A stretch of DNA of 24,346 bases from Alphaproteobacteria bacterium (GTDB lineage: Bacteria > Pseudomonadota > Alphaproteobacteria > Paracaedibacterales > JBAWWF01), in the NCBI GenBank assembly GCA_037146895.1, contig JBAWWF010000001.1:1-24346 (forward strand). Direction: 5' to 3'. Each line of letters starts with the position of its first letter. Positions within the stretch are counted from its first letter, which is position 1. Positions 1 to 6,698 of this stretch are shown one piece after another. Below the pieces are notes generated by a model that saw nothing but the letters and a program-made list of their open reading frames with translations, did not search any database and was not told the DNA's origin. The position numbers and the translations under genes were made by a program.

Positions 1-73
1 AGCATTCGCTTACGCTCATTGCTATTTTCTAGCTTCCGGTATGACAGTGGGGCACGTCTTATGGCTTTCTCTT

Positions 74-92
74 TTATCCCGAACTGAGGTTA
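74..92. mobile_element. Possible IS982-family-like terminal inverted repeat (right end of a MITE/IS remnant extending off the left edge)
   Basis: TTATCCCGAACTGAGGTTA resembles ends I recall from IS982-type elements. No transposase or partner end in the window. Confidence 0.35.
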
Positions 93-95
93 GAT

Positions 96-122
96 AGATC
101 CTCGGGCTTGACCCGAGGATCT
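96..122. repeat. REP/RPE-like palindrome AGATCCTCGGG-CTTGA-CCCGAGGATCT
   Basis: Perfect 11-bp stem with 5-nt loop. Partial copies form the outer arms of the element at 6223-6475. Confidence 0.85.
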
Positions 123-130
123 CGATTGGA

Positions 131-664
131 TTAATCGAGCTTCAAATTAGCTAGAGCCTGAAATGGCCGCACCATACCTATAGGTGGTTGTTCTGCCGCA
201 TCTCCAAAACTGGTTTTTTCTTGAGGTACTGAAGGGTGACGCGGATAATGATCTAGTGCCAACGCTAAGTGTTGTGCAGCGATTTCTCCGAGCTCGACTT
301 TATCGCCATACAAGGGTTCGTAGTCTTTGTCTTCATCCATTTCTTGCTCGCCTTGAAAAACCCCATGCTCGCTTGGCAGTAGGATAGTATTAATCGATAT
401 ATGCACATGATTGGAAACGTCTTGTAGGGTGATAATGCATGCTTGGACAATGTCAGCATCTAGCTCCCCTTTTAAAATATAGGATTGCGGCTCCTCACCA
501 TGGCTCAGTTGTAAATCAACCACTAAATTATTGAGCGATAATAAATCAAAACGGCTCGCTAAGTGGTGACATTCTTCTGCGGAAGCTGTGATCACATAAG
601 ACGCTGCGGTATCGCCTAAGCGGCTTAACGGAAACAAACGAGAAAATTCGACCCTATCGCTCAT
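131..664 (-). CDS. DUF177/YceD family protein
   Basis: V-Q-A-C-I-I-T-L-Q-D-V segment, ELGEIAAQHLALALDHYPRHP and terminal RPFQALANLK match alphaproteobacterial DUF177 proteins. Adjacent to the Cbp3-like gene as is usual. Confidence 0.85.
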   Translation of the reverse strand: MSDRVEFSRLFPLSRLGDTAASYVITASAEECHHLASRFDLLSLNNLVVDLQLSHGEEPQSYILKGELDADIVQACIITLQDVSNHVHISINTILLPSEHGVFQGEQEMDEDKDYEPLYGDKVELGEIAAQHLALALDHYPRHPSVPQEKTSFGDAAEQPPIGMVRPFQALANLKLD

Positions 665-680
665 AGCTTATCCTTATTCT

Positions 681-1181
681 TTAAGATTGCATTGTGTTAA
701 AAGAAACCATTGGCAGCTTGTGTGTAATGCTAGCAGCACTCTCACCTGCCAACCATTCGTCGAGAAAACTCGTGTACTTTACAAGCTGCATCTTACAATC
801 CATAGGCGTTTGCGGACTATGAATATAGAGATTGCGTTCAAGAATATCGAGAATAGAGTTTTCGTTTTTGTGTCGCAAAGCAAGATCGAGGGCTCGCAAC
901 CTCCCATAAAAAGCTCGTGCAAGACGCTTAACTTCCCGTCCTACCTGCCAATCATTGATGGGTAAATCACGAAGACAAGCATCCAGATCCAACACCAATG
1001 TATCCGCTAGTGTTTGGCAAAGACTTCTCTCTTGCGAGAAACGCCGCATCAATAAGCCTAGATGAAGAGAAAGAAGCTCAAACCTTGTCAAGACATGATC
1101 AACAACAGCAAGATCTGTATAAAAATAGGGATGGCGAGTCCACGCAACAACTTGCTGATAGATACCGCGGCCTTGCGTCAT
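681..1181 (-). CDS. Ubiquinol-cytochrome c chaperone (Cbp3/UQCC1 family)
   Basis: HPYFYTDLAVVDHVLTRFELLSLH, DLDACLRDL and VKRLARAFYGRLRA match the family pattern, as does LERNLY. Confidence 0.85.
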   Translation of the reverse strand: MTQGRGIYQQVVAWTRHPYFYTDLAVVDHVLTRFELLSLHLGLLMRRFSQERSLCQTLADTLVLDLDACLRDLPINDWQVGREVKRLARAFYGRLRALDLALRHKNENSILDILERNLYIHSPQTPMDCKMQLVKYTSFLDEWLAGESAASITHKLPMVSFNTMQS

Positions 1182-1314
1182 TTTTCGTCACCAAAAAAGA
1201 TAAAAAATGCTCTTCTACCCAGAACCCTAACACATCGTCGGGCAACATGTACACAGAGAATGATGTACGTTATCTTCTCTTGATATCTTTAGCGTTTTAG
1301 CTCACCTTTATCTA

Positions 1315-2226
1315 ATGACACAGAAAACACCCCCCCGCGAAGATGGTACATCTTTTTTGCCAGTTCTTATAGCCTGTGCAGGCAGTATTTTGATCGGTGT
1401 ATCTCCTATTTTCGTGCGTAGTTCGACCTTGGGGCCAATGACAGTTGGTTTTTACCGAATGCTCTTTGCTCTACCGTTGTTGTGGATATGGATGCAATGG
1501 GAAAAGCATCATGTTGATAAACAAGTTCTAGTAAAAAAAGATTATTTTATATTGGCTTTAGCCGGAGGGTTTTTTGCCGTTGATTTAGCCTTATGGAATT
1601 TTTCAGTCAACCATACAACCATTGTTAATGCGATTCTTTTTAATAATACAGCGGCGTTTTTTGTGCCCCTATGGATGTGGCTTGTTTTTTCTGAAAAGCA
1701 ATCCGTACGCTTTATCGTTGCGGCAATTTGTGGATTTTTGGGATGCGTTCTCCTTGCTGGCGAAAGCTTTACCATTAGCATTGACTATTTTATAGGCGAT
1801 ATTATATCCATAACCTCAGGTTTTATGGTTGCTTCGTATATCATTGCCATTAAAAAAATCAGAGAACGTCTGGCTACCGGAGTATTGATGTTTTGGACAG
1901 GCATTGCGTCGTTGATTGGTTTGGGAGGGCTGGGAGTCCTCTTTGGTGAATCTTTTTGGCCATTAACACGTTATGATTGGTTTAGTGTCCTTGGGCAGGC
2001 AATCCTGGTGCACGTTATGGGTCAAGGATTACTCGCCTATGCCATGGGGAAAATCACAGCAAGCTATGGTGCTTTAATTCTTTTATTGTCGCCTGTCACC
2101 GCAGCAATCCTTGGGTGGATATTTTATGGAGAAGCTCTAAGTGTGATAAAGTTTGTTGGTATGTCAGTCATTATGATCAGCATCATTGCTGTGCAGGAGA
2201 AACAGAAAAAGCTGGCGGTTCCTTGA
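1315..2226 (+). CDS. DMT/EamA family transporter
   Basis: About 10 hydrophobic segments in two repeats. SPIFVR, FYRMLFALP and LLLSPVTAAILGW..GE are typical EamA features. Confidence 0.9.
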   Translation: MTQKTPPREDGTSFLPVLIACAGSILIGVSPIFVRSSTLGPMTVGFYRMLFALPLLWIWMQWEKHHVDKQVLVKKDYFILALAGGFFAVDLALWNFSVNHTTIVNAILFNNTAAFFVPLWMWLVFSEKQSVRFIVAAICGFLGCVLLAGESFTISIDYFIGDIISITSGFMVASYIIAIKKIRERLATGVLMFWTGIASLIGLGGLGVLFGESFWPLTRYDWFSVLGQAILVHVMGQGLLAYAMGKITASYGALILLLSPVTAAILGWIFYGEALSVIKFVGMSVIMISIIAVQEKQKKLAVP

Positions 2227-4054
2227 TGATTTCATCAAGATTTACATTTGCTGCAACATAAGGGAAAAAGCCACGATCACGTCCTTTCTGATAGATTTCT
2301 CTCAGTGTTGTTGGATCCTTAGGATCCCAATAGTCTAGCGGATAAACCCCTAGTTTTGGATTATCTATTTGTGCAGCTTTAATAATCTTGAGTTGGTCTT
2401 TGTAGTTCTCTGCAGGATCAATAGAGTAAGTCTTTTTACGAAAATCATACTCACCAAATAATGACTCGCTCATAATCATATCAATGTCTTTGGCAACAAA
2501 CGGTAGAATCTTATAACCGCGATTCATCATGATGATGATGGTGGGATGCTGCCTGCGAATCTCTTTAATAAGTAGGATAACGGCTTGGGTGGTTCCTTCA
2601 TGTTTTGGAATTTTATCAATCTCAGTAACATCATCGACTGTATCAATGAGGATCCCCGCAAAGCCTTGTTTTAACAAGGTCGGCACTTTTTCCTCCAAGA
2701 TGTGTTTGGCCCAATCTTTCGAGCGCAGATCTATAAGGTAGCTTCCTGGCCAGTTAGCATTTTCTTTAACAAGCAATCCTAAGGTTTGCGCTTTAGCAAA
2801 GAAAGGCTCCTCTTTGTAGATTTCAGTCAGGCTCAAATAGCCCAGTAGTTTTTTACCCTGGGCTTGTAGGGGCTTGAGAGATAGACAGGTGTTGGGCTGT
2901 AAAATAAGAAGGGAATAATCCTTAACCTCAGCTATATCACATATACCGTTTACATCGGTTTTATAGAACGCTGCCCATTTTTGTGGCTGTATAACAGGTT
3001 CAGCATAAACAGGCTGCGAAGTACAAAAAACGAAGAGCATACCAGCAATAGAAGCCCCCAGCTTGCGCAGATCATCAAAATTTCTTTTGAAGGGAAGCTT
3101 TTCGCGTATGTGCTTGCGTAGGGCTAGACGTCCTTTCATCCACTCTAGGGTTTGACTTAACCCATCAACAATAGACATTTGCGCACTTACGCCCAAAAGC
3201 TCATTTAATAAGCTTGGATCACCGATAGATTCATAGATATCGCCTTTGCGTGATTTGCGATAAAGGCACTGTCCTTGAGAATCCGTCAGATCGATAATAT
3301 GGTGTGCAAGGGCTGAGATGGTTGCCTCTTCTCCTGTGCAGGCGTTGACAACATAATGACCCCTTTTTTCGTTGTGCAGTTTTTCCATTGCAGCCATAAG
3401 AGCCATAACGGCATCACTGATATACAGAAAATCGCGAACCTGACTACCATCACCAAATATAACCAGATCCTTGTGGTTAATTGCTCGATGAATGAAAGCA
3501 GAGATAACACCTGAATAAGGGTTCAAAGGATCCTGTAGTGGTCCGTAAACATTAAAGAAGCGAATGCCGATTGTCGGGACATTATGGATTAGATCAGCAA
3601 TTCGACCTTGCAATTCACAATGATATTTATCACAGCCGTAGGAGGAAATAGGGTTAATTACAGCGTCTTCTCTGATAGGGAATTCTTGTTGGTGACCATA
3701 GACAGCAGCCGAGGAAGCATACACCACAGGGATTTTACGTTGCCTAGCTTGGGAAAATACATTCAGAGTTCCTGTTGCATTAATGGTGTGCGACTTTTCC
3801 CATTCTTCATTGCAGCGTTGGGTGGAGGTAACGGCGGCTAAGTGGAAGCAACCATCGACCATATTCATCAATGATTCGAGAAGAACTGTATCTAAAATGC
3901 TGCCTTGAACAAGCGTTGCTTCAGCGGAGCAATTCGTAGCCAACCCACCAGATAAGTCGTCAAGAATGGTAACTCTGTTGCCTTGCTTGGCAAGAGCATA
4001 ACTTAAATGAGAACCAATAAAGCCACACCCACCTGTAACTAAATAATGTTTCAT
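2183..4054 (-). CDS. Fusion of an NAD-dependent epimerase (GalE/PelX-like SDR, aa ~1-305) and an endo-alpha-1,4-polygalactosaminidase (PelA-hydrolase/GH114-GH166-like, aa ~352-615)
   Basis: N-terminal half: TGGCGFIGS Rossmann motif, YASSAAVYG, YGCDK (YxxxK), RFFNVYGP, IFGDGSQVRDF. C-terminal half: GYLSLTE, NANWPGSYLIDLRSKDW, QGFAGILIDTVDD, MMNRGY, MSES, LDYWDP. One uninterrupted frame. Confidence 0.85.
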   Translation of the reverse strand: MKHYLVTGGCGFIGSHLSYALAKQGNRVTILDDLSGGLATNCSAEATLVQGSILDTVLLESLMNMVDGCFHLAAVTSTQRCNEEWEKSHTINATGTLNVFSQARQRKIPVVYASSAAVYGHQQEFPIREDAVINPISSYGCDKYHCELQGRIADLIHNVPTIGIRFFNVYGPLQDPLNPYSGVISAFIHRAINHKDLVIFGDGSQVRDFLYISDAVMALMAAMEKLHNEKRGHYVVNACTGEEATISALAHHIIDLTDSQGQCLYRKSRKGDIYESIGDPSLLNELLGVSAQMSIVDGLSQTLEWMKGRLALRKHIREKLPFKRNFDDLRKLGASIAGMLFVFCTSQPVYAEPVIQPQKWAAFYKTDVNGICDIAEVKDYSLLILQPNTCLSLKPLQAQGKKLLGYLSLTEIYKEEPFFAKAQTLGLLVKENANWPGSYLIDLRSKDWAKHILEEKVPTLLKQGFAGILIDTVDDVTEIDKIPKHEGTTQAVILLIKEIRRQHPTIIIMMNRGYKILPFVAKDIDMIMSESLFGEYDFRKKTYSIDPAENYKDQLKIIKAAQIDNPKLGVYPLDYWDPKDPTTLREIYQKGRDRGFFPYVAANVNLDEIIKEPPAFSVSPAQQ

Positions 4055-4075
4055 ACGTCACTGATGAGTACCAAT

Positions 4076-4121
4076 TTAACCATGATTTAATGGTAGCATA
4101 ACCATCTTAAAAATTGATTAA
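4076..4121. promoter_or_regulatory. Two CtrA-type boxes (TTAA-N7-TTAA) upstream of the epimerase-hydrolase gene
   Basis: TTAA-CCATGAT-TTAA at 4076-4090, which contains TTAACCAT, and TTAA-AAATTGA-TTAA at 4107-4121. TAACCAT recurs between them at 4099-4105. Confidence 0.6.
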
Positions 4122-4153
4122 GCAAAATAACTACGTTATTTTTTCTCAAGTCC

Positions 4154-4906
4154 TTAGGTTGTATGTTGGCGAAAAGCCTCATAGAGGCTAACTGCTGTCG
4201 CAATTGAAACATTCAGGGTGGTGAAGTTTGCTTGCGTTGGTAGCCGCACTAGGAAGTCGAGGTTTTCACGGGTTAAACGTCGCAGCCCATCGCCTTCGCT
4301 CCCCAGAACAAATGCCATTTTTCCTTTAAGATTAATAGCATTCAGAGACTGCGACGCGTCTTCAGCAAATCCACAAGTCCAGAACCCTAGGCTTTGTAAT
4401 TCTTTGAGTGCTTGGGCAAGGTTGACAATGCGAATCAACGGCACGGCCTCAAAAGCCCCAGATGCCGCCTTCAGCAAGGCTGCCGTTTCCATTGGTGCAT
4501 GGCGTTCAGTGAGAATTAGTGCTTTAGCACCGAAAGCTGCACAGCTACGCAAGATAGCCCCAACATTGTGCGGGTCCGTCACTTGATCTAAACAGACCAC
4601 AATCTGGTTTTCTTGGGCGCACCCTTCAAGAACAGACAGAGACAAGGCCGGGAGAGGTGCTAGCTCACAAGCAATGCCTTGGTGTACCGCATCAGGTCCT
4701 AAAAGCTGTTGCAGAAAGCGTCTCTCAACTATTTCAACAGCAGCAGGGGCCGCAAGCCCATCAAGAAGAGGCTTGGCATCCTGTTCATTAACAAGGAGAA
4801 TGCGATAAATCTTTCGATTTGGATTATGGATAGCTGCTTTACAAGCATGCCACCCATAAATAACCAGGCGCGAAGCTTGCTTTGTTTTTGTGATGTTCAC
4901 TTTCAT
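4154..4906 (-). CDS. rlmB: 23S rRNA (Gm2251) 2'-O-methyltransferase RlmB, SpoU/TrmH family
   Basis: IYGWHA, VHQGI, CLDQVTDPHNVGAILRS, GSEGDGLRRL, LNVSIA. Start placed at ATG 4906; the track extends the ORF to 4945. Confidence 0.92.
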   Translation of the reverse strand: MKVNITKTKQASRLVIYGWHACKAAIHNPNRKIYRILLVNEQDAKPLLDGLAAPAAVEIVERRFLQQLLGPDAVHQGIACELAPLPALSLSVLEGCAQENQIVVCLDQVTDPHNVGAILRSCAAFGAKALILTERHAPMETAALLKAASGAFEAVPLIRIVNLAQALKELQSLGFWTCGFAEDASQSLNAINLKGKMAFVLGSEGDGLRRLTRENLDFLVRLPTQANFTTLNVSIATAVSLYEAFRQHTT

Positions 4907-5021
4907 GATGCCCACCATAACGATAAAAAAAACTCCAGGCAACATCTGACTATATTTCCGTTGCTTGTCTTAACAAATTCTTGCATTCTCCATGTAGATA
5001 ATTTTAAGGAGTTTATCTATT

Positions 5022-5495
5022 ATGCCCTTATCACCCGGAGATCTAGCCCCATCATTTTCCATGGTCGCCGACACTGGTGACATCATTAGTTCAGCTTCGC
5101 TCAAAGGCCAGTTGTTCGTTTTATATTTCTATCCCAAAGATGATACAAGTGGTTGCACAGCAGAAGCTTGCCAATTTCGTGATCTGCTCCCTAATTTCTC
5201 TAAAATAGACGTGCCTGTTTTTGGCGTCTCTAGAGATAACACAAACAGTCATCGGCTATTTAAAGAAAAGTATCAGTTACCATTTGTGTTGCTCAGCGAT
5301 GAGGACGGTAGCGTATGCCAGAGCTATAACGTATGGGTTGAAAAATCGATGTACGGCCGCAAGTATTTTGGCATCGAGCGTTCAACCTTTTTGATTGATA
5401 GCCAAGGCATCATCGCTGCCGTGTGGCATAAAGTTAAGGTCCCTGACCATGCACAAGAAGTACTCAAGACGCTAAATGACTTTATCAAACAGTGA
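5022..5495 (+). CDS. bcp: Thioredoxin-dependent peroxiredoxin Bcp/PrxQ
   Basis: LYFYPKDDTSGCTAEAC (PxxxTxxC with CxxxxC), KSMYGRKYFGIERSTFLID. Confidence 0.95.
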   Translation: MPLSPGDLAPSFSMVADTGDIISSASLKGQLFVLYFYPKDDTSGCTAEACQFRDLLPNFSKIDVPVFGVSRDNTNSHRLFKEKYQLPFVLLSDEDGSVCQSYNVWVEKSMYGRKYFGIERSTFLIDSQGIIAAVWHKVKVPDHAQEVLKTLNDFIKQ

Positions 5496-5510
5496 TTATT
5501 CATAGTTCCA

Positions 5511-6077
5511 TCAAGTGTTGATTATAAATTGTCGATATGAAGCAGGTGATATAGCCATACGCTTCAATGAGAGAGGGAAGCTGATAGAGTGGGGGCTATC
5601 TTCCTTCACATCTATGAGTGGCCAACCAGCCTGCCACAAATCTTGGATGACTAAGTGATGATCCAAGATCAGGAGTCTCTGAATGTTTTCCTGAGATGCA
5701 AAATCGTAAAGGGATTTAAAAAGCTCTTGGTAAAAACGATATGCAACGATGGCTATGCTAGATTCACACCGTAAAAAATTAATGTTGTGAGGCAAGAAAA
5801 AATGAATCGCACTCAACTCCCACAGTTGCGGTGAAACAAATATTCTCTCAGGTGATAAGTGACCGCAAATATGAAGACCAGTAGTTGGCAATAGCCTCGC
5901 AAGACCACAGATGCCAATAGCCTTATCAACGCCAACAAAGTAGACAGCTTCAGGAAAAACATCAAAGGGCATAACTTCTTCTTGAAAAAGAGGAATCTTA
6001 AATTCACGTTTTTGGAAAGCTTTGCTAAGGCTTTTTTGATAGTGATGATGATTACCGCGAGTGACGATATACAGCAT
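5511..6077 (-). CDS. Divergent acyl-homoserine-lactone synthase (LuxI)-fold protein
   Basis: FD..EAVYF, GLARLLPTTG.H, WELS and GWP patterns fit the LuxI family, but several conserved residues are missing (see findings). Confidence 0.7.
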   Translation of the reverse strand: MLYIVTRGNHHHYQKSLSKAFQKREFKIPLFQEEVMPFDVFPEAVYFVGVDKAIGICGLARLLPTTGLHICGHLSPERIFVSPQLWELSAIHFFLPHNINFLRCESSIAIVAYRFYQELFKSLYDFASQENIQRLLILDHHLVIQDLWQAGWPLIDVKEDSPHSISFPLSLKRMAISPASYRQFIINT

Positions 6078-6172
6078 ATGTAGTTTTATTCCCGATTAAA
6101 TAACTAAACTACGCATTTTATAAAATTTATGTGTAGTTTTTGCAAGCATAAAGAGAGAGTATGTGTAGTTTT
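6078..6172. promoter_or_regulatory. Repeated ATG(T/C)GTAGTTT motif array upstream of the luxI-like gene
   Basis: Copies at 6078-6087 (shorter), 6106-6116 (inverted), 6129-6140 and 6161-6172. Copies 2 and 3 form an inverted repeat with a 12-bp spacer. Confidence 0.45.
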
Positions 6173-6222
6173 TTTGTGAAAAAATTTGCCTGCCAATGGT
6201 GCGATTAAAAGTAATTCTAGAT

Positions 6223-6475
6223 AGATCCTCGGGTCAAGCCCCAATGCTATTCATTTAGAATAATTTATGACTGCTGAGGTGTTATTGCTAAGAAAAACTC
6301 CTGGATTGCTTCGCAAGAGCTCGCAATGACGGAACTGGCGTCATTACTAGCTCTCCGCCGTCATTGCGAGGAGTTTACGACGAAGCAATCCAGGTTCTTT
6401 ACACTTCGCAAAAACAGACCCAGGCAGTTCCAAGTTATTCTAAATGAATAGCATTGGGGCTTGACCCGAGGATCT
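6223..6475. mobile_element. MITE-like nested palindromic element with perfect 41-bp terminal inverted repeats
   Basis: 6223-6263 AGATCCTCGGGTCAAGCCCCAATGCTATTCATTTAGAATAA is the exact reverse complement of 6435-6475. No coding capacity. Confidence 0.8.
6300..6394. repeat. RPE/REP-like paired palindrome (CTGGATTGC...CGCAATGACG family), copy A
   Basis: CCTGGATTGCTTCG pairs with CGAAGCAATCCAGG, and CTCGCAATGACGG pairs with CCGTCATTGCGAG. Confidence 0.85.
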
Positions 6476-6520
6476 TGCATTAGGTCACACTTTTAATCGT
6501 CCCCATCTGCTGAACAGCAC

Positions 6521-6549
6521 TTGACTACCGGCTAGTTACATTTTATTAA
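6521..6549 (+). promoter_or_regulatory. Candidate sigma70 promoter for the NADAR-domain gene
   Basis: TTGACT-N17-TATTAA. Confidence 0.3.
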
Positions 6550-6698
6550 TTCATAGAATATACCATAAATAATATTGCAGATTATATAACGAGTGTCCTG
6601 ATGTTTGTTTTCTCATTTCTGTTTTTCATAACCACGATTTTTCTTCATCAACGGTAGATGTTAGTGCTGCTGCAAGAGTAGGGCGGATTAGTCGGGCT

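Noticed and set aside
998-1300. 100-aa plus-strand ORF (and 1062-1283)
   Set aside because: Mostly antisense to the Cbp3-like gene with no recognisable motifs; treated as shadow ORFs.
2183-4054. Complete pel operon
   Set aside because: No PelB/C/D/E/F/G-like or deacetylase-domain sequences are in the window; only the epimerase and hydrolase modules are present.
6223-6475. CRISPR array or intact IS element
   Set aside because: The repeats are inverted rather than regularly spaced direct repeats. No cas or transposase ORF is present.
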